From an uncultured Candidatus Binatia bacterium (GTDB lineage: Bacteria > Desulfobacterota > Binatia > Bin18), in the NCBI GenBank assembly GCA_965214605.1, contig OZ243961.1, positions 1,568,001 to 1,632,000 of the forward strand: a stretch of DNA of 64,000 bases, read 5' to 3'. Shown here in pieces: positions 1 to 11,647 of the stretch (position 1 is the stretch's first letter; each line of letters starts with the position of its first letter). The notes under the pieces were generated by a model. It had not been told where the DNA came from and did no database searches. It saw only the letters and a program-made list of their open reading frames with translations. Made by a program: the position numbers and the translations under genes.

Positions 1-489
1 AGGGTCTTTTCGTGGAGGGACGTCTTGGATGGTTGGAACCTTGCTCTGCTGTGCAATGCCGGCGAAAATAGGCGGAAATTCAAGCGCATCTACAAAATCC
101 CTGGCCCAACCCTTGCCTGCGTACCATTTCTTCTCTGCCAGCGGCCTACGCATATGTGACGGAGACGAAATATTCCGATCGCTCGAGTCGTGCCGCTCGA
201 ACAGCTTTTTCACTTTCTCGTCAGGGAGTTGCTTGAGCAGATGGGACCGAAGTCCGCGAGTATCTTCGTGGCTTCCTCTAAACAATTCCGCCCCATTCCG
301 ACGAATAAGAAGACGGGCAACCTCTAAGGGGGTTAGTCGGTTGTGTCCAAGCGATTGCAAAATGTGATTCGCCCCGTCACGTTGTTCGACACCGAAAAGC
401 TTCCCAAGGAGTTGTGGGGAAACCTGGTACTTTGTCACCAACAAGTTGGCGGCGCGCTCAATTTCTTGTTCTGTCGGAAAGATCCGCAC
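1..489 (-). CDS. Partial ORF running off the window start; hypothetical, possibly the N-terminus of an SF2 (DEAD/DEAH-like) helicase
   Basis: Manual translation from GTG at 489 gives 163 open codons (VRIFPTEQEIERAANLLV...GWARDFVDALEFPPIFAGIAQQSKVPTIQDVPPRKDP). Not in the ORF track because the stop lies outside the window. Family guess is from memory only. Confidence 0.6.
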   Translation of the reverse strand, partial: MRIFPTEQEIERAANLLVTKYQVSPQLLGKLFGVEQRDGANHILQSLGHNRLTPLEVARLLIRRNGAELFRGSHEDTRGLRSHLLKQLPDEKVKKLFERHDSSDRNISSPSHMRRPLAEKKWYAGKGWARDFVDALEFPPIFAGIAQQSKVPTIQDVPPRKDP

Positions 490-528
490 CGCAACCCCAA
501 GTATCGACTTTTATACCTGCCCCTCGCG

Positions 529-1371
529 CTACTCGGCCACACCTTTGACCAGAGGAGTCGAACCTAGGATGTCCTGCTTGGGCAGGGCGTGCTTGAGGCC
601 GGCAACAAACTGTCCGACCTGGGGGAGGAGATCAGCCTGTCCCTGATGGGTCTCAATGATCTGCGATATGGCGCTGCCGACAATGACGGCATCGGAAATC
701 CGGGCCACTTCGGCCGCGTGCCGGGGCGATGAAATACCAAAGCCTACGCCTACTGGAAGCGGCGAAATGGCTCGAATCCGCCGCACCATCTCCGATAAAT
801 CGGCCGGAAGCGAGGCGCGGGCACCAGTCACGCCGGTCACCGCGACATAATAGACAAAGCCGCGGGCGTGGCTGAGAACGGCGTCGATCCGGTCCAGAGA
901 ACTGGTCGGCGCCAGCAGGAAGATGAGGTCGAGATCGTGCGTATCGGTCTCACGTTTGAGTTCATTGGCTTCCTCGGGCGGCAGGTCTACGCACAACACG
1001 CCATCCACCCCGGCGGTCCGCGCGTCACGGGCAAAACGTTGGCAGCCGTAGCGGAAGATCGGATTATAATAGCTGAACAGAATGATCGGAACGCTCAGCG
1101 ACTGGCGGAGGCGCTGCACTAGTTCAAGAACGCCCGCCAGTGAGGTGCCGTTCCGCAAGGCGCGTTCAGCCGCCCGTTGATGAATTGGCCCGTCGGCCAT
1201 AGGATCGGAAAAGGGCACGCCAAGTTCAATAATATCGGCCCCCTGACGGGTGAGCTCGTGGACCAGCCCAAAGGTGGTCTCTAAATCAGGATCGCCGGCC
1301 GTAATATAGGGGATGAGCACGACTTCTTGGCGCGCACGCAGCGCGGCGAAGGTGTCGGTAATCCGCGTCAT
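529..1371 (-). CDS. trpA: Tryptophan synthase alpha subunit
   Basis: [26 protein letters not shown] and VGFGIS motifs. Confidence 0.97.
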   Translation of the reverse strand: MTRITDTFAALRARQEVVLIPYITAGDPDLETTFGLVHELTRQGADIIELGVPFSDPMADGPIHQRAAERALRNGTSLAGVLELVQRLRQSLSVPIILFSYYNPIFRYGCQRFARDARTAGVDGVLCVDLPPEEANELKRETDTHDLDLIFLLAPTSSLDRIDAVLSHARGFVYYVAVTGVTGARASLPADLSEMVRRIRAISPLPVGVGFGISSPRHAAEVARISDAVIVGSAISQIIETHQGQADLLPQVGQFVAGLKHALPKQDILGSTPLVKGVAE

Positions 1372-2576
1372 CCTCTCCCCCCTCCCATACGGGGTGTCTG
1401 TTCCACATACCGGGCGACACTCTCAAGATCTTTGTCACCCCGTCCAGACACATTGATCACCACCGTCTCGTCCGGCCGTAAGCGCGGTACCAAAGACACC
1501 GCATAGGCAATAGCGTGGGCACTCTCCAGCGCAGGGATGATGCCCTCTGTCTCGGCTAACAGCTGAATGGCAGCGACGGCTTCGTCATCCTTGACCGTGA
1601 CATACTGGACGCGATGCCGATCGTTGAGATAGCTCAGCTCTGGTCCAACTCCAGGATAGTCCAGACCGGGAGCGAGGGAATAGGTGTCCTGAATCTGGCC
1701 CATCTCGTCTTGTAGCACATAACTCTTGCTGCCGTGCAGGACGCCGACGTGACCGCCGCTGATCGAGGCGGCGTTCTGTCCAGGACCGAGGCCGCCTGCC
1801 TCGACCCCAATCATACGAACCTGACGCATCTGCACAAAGGGAGAGAATAAACCTATGGCGTTGCTACCGCCGCCGACACAGGCAATCAGATAGTCAGGCA
1901 AACGGCCGGTCTGTTTGCGTATCTGTCGTTTGGTCTCACGGCCAATCACCGACTGAAAGTCGCGAACCAGCATGGGATAGGGGTGCGGTCCAGCTACGGT
2001 TCCAATCACATAAAAAGTGGAGGTGACTTGGGTGATCCAATCCCGTAGGGCCTCGTTCATGGCATCTTTGAGCGTGCGTGTCCCGGCGCCAACCTCACGC
2101 AGTTTGGCGCCCAGCAGGCGCATCCGAAAGACGTTTGGCGCCTGGCGAACCATATCATCGCTGCCCATGAAGACCTCGCACTCAAAACCGAACAGGGCGG
2201 CGACCGTAGCGGTCGCCACGCCGTGTTGGCCGGCTCCGGTCTCGGCAATCAGCCGTCGTTTGCTCATCCGTTTGGCTAGCAGAGCTTGCCCGATGGTATT
2301 ATTAATCTTGTGCGCCCCGGTGTGACACAGATCTTCTCGCTTAAGATAGATCTTGGCCCCCTTCAGACGTTGGGTGAGACGCTCAGCAAAGGTCAGAGGG
2401 GTTGGACGGCCAACATATTCTTGACGGAGGGCACGTAGCTCAGCCTGAAATGTTGCATCACGCCGACACTGACGATACAAGTGCTCCAGTTCGATCAGTG
2501 CCGGCATCAAAGTTTCGGCAACATACCGGCCTCCATACGGACCAAAATGGCCATGACTGTTAGGCTGTCTTCGCAT
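1368..2576 (-). CDS. trpB: Tryptophan synthase beta subunit
   Basis: [12 protein letters not shown] lysine motif, [14 protein letters not shown]; start placed at [12 protein letters not shown]. Confidence 0.97.
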   Translation of the reverse strand: MRRQPNSHGHFGPYGGRYVAETLMPALIELEHLYRQCRRDATFQAELRALRQEYVGRPTPLTFAERLTQRLKGAKIYLKREDLCHTGAHKINNTIGQALLAKRMSKRRLIAETGAGQHGVATATVAALFGFECEVFMGSDDMVRQAPNVFRMRLLGAKLREVGAGTRTLKDAMNEALRDWITQVTSTFYVIGTVAGPHPYPMLVRDFQSVIGRETKRQIRKQTGRLPDYLIACVGGGSNAIGLFSPFVQMRQVRMIGVEAGGLGPGQNAASISGGHVGVLHGSKSYVLQDEMGQIQDTYSLAPGLDYPGVGPELSYLNDRHRVQYVTVKDDEAVAAIQLLAETEGIIPALESAHAIAYAVSLVPRLRPDETVVINVSGRGDKDLESVARYVEQTPRMGGGRG

Positions 2577-3180
2577 ACTGGATAAAGGCGTGGAGTTTGT
2601 CGGCATCCTTTTGCCCTGGGGCGCGCTCTACACCGCTAGCGACATCGACCGCCCAGGGCCGCACGGTGCGGATTGCGGTGACAACATTCTCAGGCTTTAG
2701 GCCACCGGCCAGAATAAGGCGTTGACGCTGGTCTTCGGGCAGCTCGGCCAGTTGCTGCCAGGCAAAGCTGGCCCCGGTCCCTCCGTATCGGCCCGGACGA
2801 TAGGTGTCAAGCAGTAGATAATCGGCCGGATGGGCTTGCCAGCCTGGAGAGAGCGGTTGAGAACCAACACGCACGGCTTTAATCGTTTTCTTCTGCCAGC
2901 CACGGCAATCTGCCGGGGTTTCATCACCGTGGAACTGTACGGCGTGCAGGCGAAGCTGCTCGGCCAGTGTCGCTACATGATCTCGCTGAGCATTGACAAA
3001 AACCCCGACCCGCCAGACTGTAGGCGGGATGATCGCACAGATTGCTCGGGCGGTTTGCTCGGACACGCAGCGTGGGCTGGGCGGGTAGAAGTTGAGCCCA
3101 ATCAGATCGGCACCGGCCTCAACCGCCAGACGTGCGTCCTCAACACTGGTAATGCCACAGATCTTAACCCGGATATCCAT
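2560..3180 (-). CDS. trpF: Phosphoribosylanthranilate isomerase
   Basis: [30 protein letters not shown]; start placed at MDIRVKICG. Confidence 0.95.
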   Translation of the reverse strand: MDIRVKICGITSVEDARLAVEAGADLIGLNFYPPSPRCVSEQTARAICAIIPPTVWRVGVFVNAQRDHVATLAEQLRLHAVQFHGDETPADCRGWQKKTIKAVRVGSQPLSPGWQAHPADYLLLDTYRPGRYGGTGASFAWQQLAELPEDQRQRLILAGGLKPENVVTAIRTVRPWAVDVASGVERAPGQKDADKLHAFIQYAKTA

Positions 3181-3202
3181 CTGATACTGAGAGAGATGCG
3201 CC

Positions 3203-3985
3203 TCATGGAGCAGTCTGGAGCATCCTCCGGAGGGGTCCGCCGGGATCTGGGGCAGCCATGAACGTCTCACCGATCAAGAACGCCTTGACACCCTGCGCTT
3301 CGAGCTGAGCCAGTTGCTCGGCACGCGACAGACCACTCTCTGATACAACAGTCACTCCGGCTGGAATATACCGTAGCAGGCGCTCGCTTGTCTTGATGCT
3401 GGTATGGAACGTCCGCAGATCGCGATTATTGATCCCCAGCAGTGAAACCTTACAGACCAAAGCTCGTTCGAGTTCGGCCTCGTCATGCACCTCAACAAGA
3501 CAATCGAGCCCGAGAGAGTCGGCCAACGCCGCTAATTCCTGGAGCTGTGTGTCTGACAAAATAGCGACGATCAGCAGGATGGCACTCGCCCCATACGACC
3601 GGGCTTCGTACACGTGGTAGGGATCAAACACAAAATCCTTACGCAGCAGCGGCAGGCTGACATGGTTCCGAATCAGGCTTAAATAATCCAGATGACCCTG
3701 AAAAAACTTCTGGTCGGTCAGCACCGAGATGGCAGCTGCACCAGCCTCAGCGTAGGTCTGGGCGAGCTGCAGCGGATCAAAATCAGCCCGGATGACGCCT
3801 TTTGACGGCGAGGCTTTTTTCACCTCAGCAATAATCGTCCGGCCGGGATGGTGCTGAAGCGTGCGCAAAAAGGCGGGAGTCACTGCACGGAAGTGAGCCG
3901 AGTCTTGCAGCTGGGAGAGAGAAACCGTCCGTTTTTGCGCGGCTAGCTCGATCCGTTTGTGGGCAATAATATCATCAAGAATCAT
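3203..3985 (-). CDS. trpC: Indole-3-glycerol phosphate synthase
   Basis: IAEVKKASPSKG, LRKDF, GINNRDL, SESG. Confidence 0.97.
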   Translation of the reverse strand: MILDDIIAHKRIELAAQKRTVSLSQLQDSAHFRAVTPAFLRTLQHHPGRTIIAEVKKASPSKGVIRADFDPLQLAQTYAEAGAAAISVLTDQKFFQGHLDYLSLIRNHVSLPLLRKDFVFDPYHVYEARSYGASAILLIVAILSDTQLQELAALADSLGLDCLVEVHDEAELERALVCKVSLLGINNRDLRTFHTSIKTSERLLRYIPAGVTVVSESGLSRAEQLAQLEAQGVKAFLIGETFMAAPDPGGPLRRMLQTAP

Positions 3986-5001
3986 ACCGCTTCTGTCAGG
4001 CTCAGAGAAATATAGGCGTCAAGGGTCCGCGCTGCAGCCCCGCTATCGATAGCGGCTTGGGCACGGGCAACCCCCTGGTGTATGGACGAAACGAGATCAC
4101 CGATGTACAGTGCGGCTCCAGCATTGATACACACAATATCACGGGCTGGACCGGGTCGACCAGCAAATATGTGGCGGATGATAGCCGCTGATTCCTGGGC
4201 GCTCCTCACCTGCAGGTCGGATAGCTGGCACGGGGAAAAGCCAAACTCTGCGGGTTGAAGGGTATAGGTCTTCACCCGACCCTCAACCCACTCGGCAACA
4301 TGGCTGGGACCAGACAGCGAGACTTCATCCAGACCGTCCGCGCCATGCACAACCAGCGCATGGCTGCTCCCCAGGCGGCCTAAAGCTTCGGCCAGCGGCA
4401 CTACCCAGTGTTGGGAAAAAACGCCGATGAGTTGGTGTTCAGCCCCGGCCGGATTGGTCAGCGGACCGAGAATGTTGAAAATCGTCCGAATCCCGATTTC
4501 CCGACGCGGCCCGACGGCATAGCGCATTGCCCGATGAAAAGCCGGCGCCAGGAAGAAGCCAAAGCCGACCGTTCGTAAACAATGGGCAACCTGGTCAGGC
4601 GTCAGGTCGATACGTGCCCCGAGCGTTTCCAAGACGTCCGCACCACCCACCGCGCCGGACATGGCGCGGTTACCGTGCTTGGCCACATAGCCGCCAGCCG
4701 CTGCAACGACAAAGGCCGCCGCAGTAGAGATATTAAAAGTGCGGCACCCGTCCCCACCTGTCCCACACGTATCAATCACCGGCTCTAGCGGCTCGACTCG
4801 TATGGCGCGCTCCCGCATCACCCGGGCAGCACCAACAATCTCGGCCACAACCTCTCCCTTCACGTGGAGGCCGGTCAAGAGGGCACCAATTTGGGCCGGG
4901 GTGGCCTGACCGTCCATGATCTCGGCAGTGACTGCGGCCATCTCCTGTTCGCTCAGGTCGTGGTCGCTGACTACACGGGCGATGGCCTCTCGTACCGTCA
5001 T
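3982..5001 (-). CDS. trpD: Anthranilate phosphoribosyltransferase
   Basis: DTCGTGGDG, TFNIST, KHGNR, LGPLTNP. Confidence 0.97.
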   Translation of the reverse strand: MTVREAIARVVSDHDLSEQEMAAVTAEIMDGQATPAQIGALLTGLHVKGEVVAEIVGAARVMRERAIRVEPLEPVIDTCGTGGDGCRTFNISTAAAFVVAAAGGYVAKHGNRAMSGAVGGADVLETLGARIDLTPDQVAHCLRTVGFGFFLAPAFHRAMRYAVGPRREIGIRTIFNILGPLTNPAGAEHQLIGVFSQHWVVPLAEALGRLGSSHALVVHGADGLDEVSLSGPSHVAEWVEGRVKTYTLQPAEFGFSPCQLSDLQVRSAQESAAIIRHIFAGRPGPARDIVCINAGAALYIGDLVSSIHQGVARAQAAIDSGAAARTLDAYISLSLTEAV

Positions 5002-5010
5002 AGGCCGCTC

Positions 5011-5694
5011 TTAGTGCGAAACGGGGTAGGCCTGGACGAACGTCTTCTGGCGCCGAAAGCGCGAGACCGCAGCCTTGGCCTCTAGCTCTTTAAAAGGGCC
5101 GACTCGGACCCGGTACCACACCCTGCCCTGCCGGACCACCTTGCTGAGCGAGGGGCTATAGCCCTGCCGGCGCAGGTGCTGCACCGTTCGCCGAGCTGCT
5201 TTTTCCTGAGTGGTGGCCTGGACCTGAACACTCCACAGCCTTGAGTCGGGCAGTCGTTTTTCTTGGGATGCCACCGTTGGTGTGGGTCGTTTTTTTGGCG
5301 TGGTATCCGCTCTCGCCGGGGGCTTGGCCGCCGGCTTGTCGGCCACGGGCTTGGATTTGACTCGCTGGACAGGCAACGGCGCGGGACTCGGCGGCTCAAC
5401 GATCTGTTTCAAGGCCAGCCGTTCTTGGACCGGCTGGTCGTGGGCTGAGACTACCGGCTGAGGACCAGCCGGAGAGGTCGGTAGCAAGGCGGGTGAGCGG
5501 TCGAGAAGGGCGGTTTTTGACTCCCCAACAGGCACCCGAAGCGGTTTGACCTGTTCGACCGTTTTCTGAGCCTGGACCTCTTTCCCAACATAGATACCAA
5601 AGACAAAAATGAGAAAGGAAACAAACAAGCCGCTTACCACGAGCATGCTTCCTTCAACCACATTCACCTGTAAGCTATAGCATCGTTGTGCCAT
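5011..5694 (-). CDS. SPOR-domain membrane protein (FtsN/DedD-like)
   Basis: N-terminal TM helix, Pro/Lys-rich linker, C-terminal WSVQV...WYRVRVGPF SPOR motif. Confidence 0.85.
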   Translation of the reverse strand: MAQRCYSLQVNVVEGSMLVVSGLFVSFLIFVFGIYVGKEVQAQKTVEQVKPLRVPVGESKTALLDRSPALLPTSPAGPQPVVSAHDQPVQERLALKQIVEPPSPAPLPVQRVKSKPVADKPAAKPPARADTTPKKRPTPTVASQEKRLPDSRLWSVQVQATTQEKAARRTVQHLRRQGYSPSLSKVVRQGRVWYRVRVGPFKELEAKAAVSRFRRQKTFVQAYPVSH

Positions 5695-5863
5695 ACTGTT
5701 TGTCCGGGCCTGGCCATCAGAACACTAGGGAGGAGACATCTGACACCCCTCCTGTCTGATACTCTCTCGGCTCGTCGCGCCCGCTCCTCCCACTCCTCCG
5801 ATATTGAGCCGGGCCTGCCCTCACAGCTGGCTCGCTTATTGCACGGCCGTCCGGCTCTAGCCT

Positions 5864-6241
5864 TTAGTCGGTTGCCGTCTCTGCTTCACGTTCGGTGAAC
5901 TCAATTAAGGATAGCGGAGCCGCGTCGCCGCGTCGAGGGCCAAGCTTAATAATACGGGTATATCCACCAGCACGATTTTCAAAACGTGGGGCAATGTCGT
6001 CAAACAAACGCGAGACTAGAGCCCGACTACCCAACTGTGCGTATGCCAGACGGCGAGCGTGCAGGGTATTCCTCTTGCCCAAGGTAACAATACGGTCAGC
6101 CCAACGGCGGAGTTCTTTGGCCTTGGCGTCGGTCGTTTGGATTTGCTCACGTTGGATGAGCGCCTTGAGCAGGTTGCGGATCAGCGCTCGGCGGTGGGCC
6201 GCGGTACGGTTCAGTTTTCGTCCGGCTTTAAGGTGTCGCAT
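5864..6241 (-). CDS. rplQ: 50S ribosomal protein L17
   Basis: [12 protein letters not shown]...GGYTRIIK; start trimmed to MRH. Confidence 0.97.
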   Translation of the reverse strand: MRHLKAGRKLNRTAAHRRALIRNLLKALIQREQIQTTDAKAKELRRWADRIVTLGKRNTLHARRLAYAQLGSRALVSRLFDDIAPRFENRAGGYTRIIKLGPRRGDAAPLSLIEFTEREAETATD

Positions 6242-6284
6242 GACTGTGTATCGTGTATCTCGTGTTCCACGGCGCACGGAGATC

Positions 6285-7313
6285 TTAGGAGCTGAGATCG
6301 GACTCTTGTTCTGCCCGTATGCGGTCAAGCTCTTCGCGTGAAGGAAAGTCGCCGAGTTGGAGTCCCAACTCAAGCCCCATGCTCTGGAGGGTTTCCTTGA
6401 TTTCGTTTAAGGATTTCCGACCAAAGTTCTTTGTCTTGAGTAGCTCTGGTTCGCTGCGCTGGACGAGTTCACCCACATAGCGCAGATCGGCACTCTGCAG
6501 ACAGTTGGCGGAGCGCACCGACAGGTTTAATTCTTCAATCGGTCGTAACAGATTCTCATTCACGACCACAGCCGGCTCTTCGCTGGTCTCGGCTCCCCAT
6601 TCTTGTTCCTCATCTGGGCCGACAAAAACGCTGAGCTGAGCTTGAATAATCCGGGCCGCAGCCGCAACCGCCTCTCCCGGCTTCAGGCTGCCATCGGTCC
6701 ATACTTCGAGGGCCAGCCGCTCATAATCAGTCCGCTGGCCTCTCCGCGCGTTGGTGACAGCGATATTGACCTTGCGAACCGGAGAAAATGCCGCGTCTAG
6801 CGGAATCGTGCCAATGGGATCTTCTTCAGATTTATGCCGCTCAGCGGTCACATATCCCCGACCGGTTTGGACGACCGCCTCAAATTCAAGGCTGGCGTCT
6901 TTCCCTAAGTTGGCCAAACGTTTGTCAGGGTTCAGAACCTCGATCTGAGCACCAAGCGTCAGGTCGGCCGCGGTCACCTCACGTTGGCCCTCTACGTTGA
7001 GCCGGATCGTCTCCGTCGTCTCTTTGTCGGTGTTGTCAAGCCGAAAGCGGACTTCTTTGAGGTTTAATAAAAGGTCAGTAACGTCTTCGGTCATCCCAGA
7101 CACGGTTGAGAACTCGTGCAAAACCCTGTTGATGCGAACTTTGGTAATCGCTGCGCCGGTCAGCGAAGAGAGCAAGACCCGACGTAAGGCATTCCCTAGG
7201 GTTGTGCCAAAGCCACGCTCAAAAGGTTCTCCGATAAAGCGGCCGTAGGTTGAGGTCAGGGTCTCTTCCTCAACGTCGAGCGTCGTGGGTTTGATAAGAT
7301 CATTTTTCTGCAT
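6285..7313 (-). CDS. rpoA: RNA polymerase alpha subunit
   Basis: [22 protein letters not shown]; [12 protein letters not shown]...[10 protein letters not shown]. Confidence 0.98.
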   Translation of the reverse strand: MQKNDLIKPTTLDVEEETLTSTYGRFIGEPFERGFGTTLGNALRRVLLSSLTGAAITKVRINRVLHEFSTVSGMTEDVTDLLLNLKEVRFRLDNTDKETTETIRLNVEGQREVTAADLTLGAQIEVLNPDKRLANLGKDASLEFEAVVQTGRGYVTAERHKSEEDPIGTIPLDAAFSPVRKVNIAVTNARRGQRTDYERLALEVWTDGSLKPGEAVAAAARIIQAQLSVFVGPDEEQEWGAETSEEPAVVVNENLLRPIEELNLSVRSANCLQSADLRYVGELVQRSEPELLKTKNFGRKSLNEIKETLQSMGLELGLQLGDFPSREELDRIRAEQESDLSS

Positions 7314-7383
7314 GGTGTATCTTCCAGGCCACCTATTCCCGCTACTCGGGCGACATGCCATACCCACTCACGCCGCTAGGACG

Positions 7384-8016
7384 CTAGACTTTCGAGTAGA
7401 GCTCAACAATCAGTTGTTCATTGACCGGAACGGTGAGGTCGGCCCGTTCGGGAAGGGCCTTCATTTTGCCAACAAACGTATCCTTCTCAACCTCTAACCA
7501 TTCTGGCACGCCACGTCTTTGGGCCAGGTCAGCCGCCTCTTGGATGCGGGTAATTTTGCGGCTGGCCTCCCGGACCTGGACCTCATCACCAATGGCGACC
7601 ATGTATGAGGGAATGGTCACCCGATGATTGTTGACCAGAAAGTGTCCGTGCCGGACGAGCTGTCTGGCTTCTGAGCGGGAGGTCGCAAATCCCATCCGAT
7701 ACACCGTATTGTCAAGACGGCGCTCTAGGAATAAGAGCAGGTTCTCTCCAGTGACACCACGTTGACGTTCGGCTAAGGAGAACATCCGCCGAAAGGGCTT
7801 CTCCAGATATCCGTAGATGCGTTTGAGCTTTTGCTTCTCGCGCAACTGGATACTGTACTCGGTCGCCTTCCGTCCTCGGCCCTGGCCGTGCTGTCCCGGC
7901 GGATAACTCCGCCGTTCTATCGCACATTTATCAGTGTAGCAGCGCTCTCCTTTGAGGAAGAGCTTAATGCCTTCTCGCCTGCACAAGCGGCAGACCGGCC
8001 CGCTGTATCGCGCCAC
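7384..8016 (-). CDS. rpsD: 30S ribosomal protein S4 (zinc-finger type)
   Basis: CRLCRRE, PPGQHG, LERRLDN. Confidence 0.98.
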   Translation of the reverse strand: MARYSGPVCRLCRREGIKLFLKGERCYTDKCAIERRSYPPGQHGQGRGRKATEYSIQLREKQKLKRIYGYLEKPFRRMFSLAERQRGVTGENLLLFLERRLDNTVYRMGFATSRSEARQLVRHGHFLVNNHRVTIPSYMVAIGDEVQVREASRKITRIQEAADLAQRRGVPEWLEVEKDTFVGKMKALPERADLTVPVNEQLIVELYSKV

Positions 8017-8133
8017 AAAATCCTCCAGCTTCCATATACCTTACCTTTGGTGGGGGCTATATCTTGTCAGTAGTAGCTCACTCTCTCCCTTATGAGTTTT
8101 GCTCTTTTGACTGACTTATCTTCCTCGGTCGTC

Positions 8134-8532
8134 TCATACCCGCCGCCGTTTTGGGGGACGGCAGCCGTTATGCGGAATCGGGGTGACATCTCGGATAACG
8201 CTTACGGCAAACCCGGTGGCTTGAAGCGAGCGCAGGGCCGATTCCCGACCCGCCCCTGGTCCCTTCACATGTACCTGAACGGCACGCATCCCGGCGTCAG
8301 CCGCTTTCCGAGCCGCGCTTTCAGCAGCCATTTGTGCGGCATACGGGGTCCCTTTGCGTGAGCCTTTGAAGCCCACACTGCCCGAGCTCGCCCAGGCGAC
8401 GGAATTCCCCTGGGGGTCGGTAATTGTCACAATAGTGTTGTTGAAAGTCGAGTAGATATGAACGACACCTTCTGGAACAGACCGTCTAATGCGTTTCCTG
8501 CGTGTCGAAGCACGCTCACCGGCTCTGGCCAT
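8134..8532 (-). CDS. rpsK: 30S ribosomal protein S11
   Basis: [26 protein letters not shown]. Confidence 0.98.
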   Translation of the reverse strand: MARAGERASTRRKRIRRSVPEGVVHIYSTFNNTIVTITDPQGNSVAWASSGSVGFKGSRKGTPYAAQMAAESAARKAADAGMRAVQVHVKGPGAGRESALRSLQATGFAVSVIRDVTPIPHNGCRPPKRRRV

Positions 8533-8556
8533 GGCAGGTTCTCCTTCAGCTGCGGA

Positions 8557-8937
8557 CTAGCGGACCGGTGCCTGTTTTTTCCCGGCTACCGTGCGTTTAG
8601 GACCTTTTCGCGTCCGTGAGTTTGTCTTGGTCCGTTGTCCTCGGACCGGCAGGTTCTTGCGGTGACGGACACCTCGGTGAGAACCGATGTCGATATAGCG
8701 CTTAATATTCCCGGTAACGTCCCGGCGCAGATCACCCTCAACCCGATAGCTTTCCTCAATAACACGGCGGATAGTAGCGACCTCGTCATCGTTTAAATCA
8801 TCGGTGTTCCGCTCCAGCGGCACGCTGGCTGCGGTAAGGATGTCAGTTGCCGTCTTGCGGCCAATTCCATAGATGTAAGTGAGACCGATTTCGATCCGCT
8901 TATTCCGGGGCAGTTCAATCCCGGCGACACGTGCCAT
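8557..8937 (-). CDS. rpsM: 30S ribosomal protein S13
   Basis: [17 protein letters not shown]. Confidence 0.98.
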   Translation of the reverse strand: MARVAGIELPRNKRIEIGLTYIYGIGRKTATDILTAASVPLERNTDDLNDDEVATIRRVIEESYRVEGDLRRDVTGNIKRYIDIGSHRGVRHRKNLPVRGQRTKTNSRTRKGPKRTVAGKKQAPVR

Positions 8938-8964
8938 GGTTCTTCTCCCTGTCTTCGCTGGGTA

Positions 8965-9078
8965 CTAGCCTTGGCGCTGTTTGTGGCGTGGATTCTCACA
9001 AATAACGCGCACTTTTCCAAAACGGCGAATCAGCTTGCATTTCCGACAAATCCTTTTGACTGAGGCCCGAACCTTCAT
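8965..9078 (-). CDS. rpmJ: 50S ribosomal protein L36
   Basis: Manual translation [37 protein letters not shown] (37 aa, below the ORF-track cutoff). Confidence 0.96.
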   Translation of the reverse strand: MKVRASVKRICRKCKLIRRFGKVRVICENPRHKQRQG

Positions 9079-9101
9079 AATACGGCTCCTCCCTAGCGAT
9101 C

Positions 9102-9869
9102 TTAGAGCTGGCTCAGAATCTGTGGTCCGCGCTCAGTAATCGCAATAGAGTGCTCAAAATGCGCCGACAAGCTACCGTCTTTTGTTACCGCAGTCCAGGC
9201 ATCGTCTTTCATCATGACCTCCGCCCGTCCCATATTGACCATAGGCTCAATAGCCAGGACCATCCCTTCACGGAGGCGAACCCCACGATTTTTTGTACCA
9301 TAATTGGGTACGGCAGGATCCTCATGCAGACGTCGCCCTACACCGTGGCCGACAAACTCACGCACAACAGAAAAACCCTCTCGTTCAACGCGTTCTTGGA
9401 TCGCAGCCGACACATTCCCCAGCCGGCTGCCGACTTGGGCCTGAGCGATTCCTTCTTCAAGCGATTCAGCCGTTGTCGTCAGCAGTTTGTGGACCCGCTC
9501 TGGGGCGGATCCGAGAATGAAGGAGATAGCGGCGTCCCCGTAGAATCCCTCATAGATAACGCCAAAATCAAGACTCACAAGGTCTCCGTCTTGGATGATC
9601 CGGGCGGTATTCGGAATTCCATGCACAATTTCATTGTTAATCGACACACAAATTGTGGCCGGAAACGGTACGGCTCCGTTACGGATGGTATAGCCTTTAA
9701 AGGCAGACCGCGCGCCCTTTTTCCGAATCAGCTCGGCGGCCCGGCGATCAAGATCGCCTGTTGAGACTCCAGATCGCACCTGCTCTCGCAGCTCAGACAG
9801 GATCTCAATCACAATCCCGTTTGCTTTTCGCATGATTTCGACTTCGTGTGGTGACTTGAGGAAGATCAT
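9102..9869 (-). CDS. map: Methionine aminopeptidase type I
   Basis: IVHGIP, GHGVG...HE, AIEPM, AHFEH. Confidence 0.97.
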   Translation of the reverse strand: MIFLKSPHEVEIMRKANGIVIEILSELREQVRSGVSTGDLDRRAAELIRKKGARSAFKGYTIRNGAVPFPATICVSINNEIVHGIPNTARIIQDGDLVSLDFGVIYEGFYGDAAISFILGSAPERVHKLLTTTAESLEEGIAQAQVGSRLGNVSAAIQERVEREGFSVVREFVGHGVGRRLHEDPAVPNYGTKNRGVRLREGMVLAIEPMVNMGRAEVMMKDDAWTAVTKDGSLSAHFEHSIAITERGPQILSQL

Positions 9870-9896
9870 AAACCTACGGGGGGGAGTAGCGAATGA

Positions 9897-11207
9897 CTAT
9901 CCTCTACGGCCCCGAATACGGCCCCGTTTCATAAACCCGTCATAATTCCGCATCATGATCTGGGTTTCCATTTGGCCAATCGTATCAAGAGCAACACCAA
10001 CCACAATAAGCAGTGCCGTGCCGCCAAAAAAGAAGGGAACGTTAAAGGAACTGACCAGCAGGTTAGGGATCACGCAAATAATGGCCACATAGATGGCGCC
10101 ACTTAAAGTGATGCGGCTCAGCACCCGATCAATGTATTCGGCCGTCCGTTGCCCCGGTCGAATGCCAGGGATAAACCCTCCATATTTCTTCATATTGTCG
10201 GCGACGTCGGTCGGATTAAAGACTACCGCAGTATAAAAATAACAGAAGAAGATGATCATGGCCACATAAGCCAGGTTGTAGAGGGAGCTGCCCGGAGCCA
10301 GGATATTAGCCACGGTTTGTGCCCACAGATGCTCGGAGAATCCGGCTATAGTCACCGGAAAGATTAAAACGGAAGAGGCAAAAATCGGTGGAATGACCCC
10401 AGCAGTATTGATCTTCAACGGCAAATGTGAACTCTGCCCGCCGTAGACCTTTCGACCGACCATACGTTTTGCGTACTGAACCGGGATACGACGCTGGGAG
10501 CGTTCCATGAAGATGACCGCCCCAACAATGGCTACCATGCCAACCAGCAGCAGGACCACGGTCAGAATACCCAGCTCGCCCTCACGTACAAATTCAGTAG
10601 TCGCGGTCACCGCTGAGGGAATACTAGCCACAATACCGGCAAAAATGACCAGGGAGATGCCGTTGCCAATGCCCCGCTCGGTAATCTGTTCGCCCAACCA
10701 CATGATGAAGGCCGTGCCAGCAGTGAGGGTAATCATGGCCATAATGCGAAACCCCCAACCAGGCTCAAACACCACGGAACTGCCGCCCGGAGCCTGGATC
10801 TGCTCCAGGCCGATACTGATGAAGAAGCCTTGCAATAGCGATAGCCCAACCGTGCTGTAGCGGGTGTATTGGGTAATTTTTCGTCGGCCCAACTCTCCCT
10901 CCTTAGACAGGCGTTCGAGGGTTGGGACCACGACGGTCAAGAGTTGCAGGATGATAGAGGCGCTGATGTAGGGCATAATGCCCAGCGCAAAAATTGAAAA
11001 GCGCTCCAGGGCTCCGCCAGAGAATAGGTTGACCAGACCAAAGACGCTGCTCGCCGCTTGTTCAAAAAAGGTAGCCAGCGCCTCTCCGTCGATGCCCGGT
11101 GTAGGGATAGCCACACCAATACGATACACCGCCAACATGCCGAGGGTAAAAAATAGGCGACGGCGCAGTTCCGTAATCTTGGCAGCGTTTTGGAAGCCTT
11201 CGAGCAT
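9897..11207 (-). CDS. secY: Preprotein translocase subunit SecY
   Basis: LGIMPYISASII, GIGNGISL, IPGIRPG. Confidence 0.98.
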   Translation of the reverse strand: MLEGFQNAAKITELRRRLFFTLGMLAVYRIGVAIPTPGIDGEALATFFEQAASSVFGLVNLFSGGALERFSIFALGIMPYISASIILQLLTVVVPTLERLSKEGELGRRKITQYTRYSTVGLSLLQGFFISIGLEQIQAPGGSSVVFEPGWGFRIMAMITLTAGTAFIMWLGEQITERGIGNGISLVIFAGIVASIPSAVTATTEFVREGELGILTVVLLLVGMVAIVGAVIFMERSQRRIPVQYAKRMVGRKVYGGQSSHLPLKINTAGVIPPIFASSVLIFPVTIAGFSEHLWAQTVANILAPGSSLYNLAYVAMIIFFCYFYTAVVFNPTDVADNMKKYGGFIPGIRPGQRTAEYIDRVLSRITLSGAIYVAIICVIPNLLVSSFNVPFFFGGTALLIVVGVALDTIGQMETQIMMRNYDGFMKRGRIRGRRG

Positions 11208-11209
11208 GA

Positions 11210-11647
11210 TTATCCGACCTCAGCCACTCCTCCCGCAGCGATGATTTTCTCACGTGCCTGTCGACTGAAGGCGTCGGCTCTGACGGTTAGCGCCTTAGTG
11301 AACTCCCCGCTTGCCAAAATTTTGATCTTTTTCCTGCCTCGAACCAAGCCCGATTCACGCAGCACGTTGGCATCAACACGCGTTCCGGCATCAAAACGTT
11401 CGAGGCTCCACAGGTTTACGACCTGATACTCGGTCCGAAACGGGTTGTGAAATCCACGTTTGGGTAGGCGTCGGGCCAGCGGCATTTGGCCGCCCTCATA
11501 GCCGGGCGACAGCGTAGCACCGGAGCGCGAGCCCTCGCCTTTATGCCCTCGCCCGGCGGTCTTACCCTGGCCCGAGCCAAGCCCGCGGCCGAGCCGTTTA
11601 CGATTTTTTGTTGACCCGGCGACTGGTTTGAGATGACTAAGATCCAT
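11210..11647 (-). CDS. rplO: 50S ribosomal protein L15
   Basis: [25 protein letters not shown]. Confidence 0.97.
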   Translation of the reverse strand: MDLSHLKPVAGSTKNRKRLGRGLGSGQGKTAGRGHKGEGSRSGATLSPGYEGGQMPLARRLPKRGFHNPFRTEYQVVNLWSLERFDAGTRVDANVLRESGLVRGRKKIKILASGEFTKALTVRADAFSRQAREKIIAAGGVAEVG

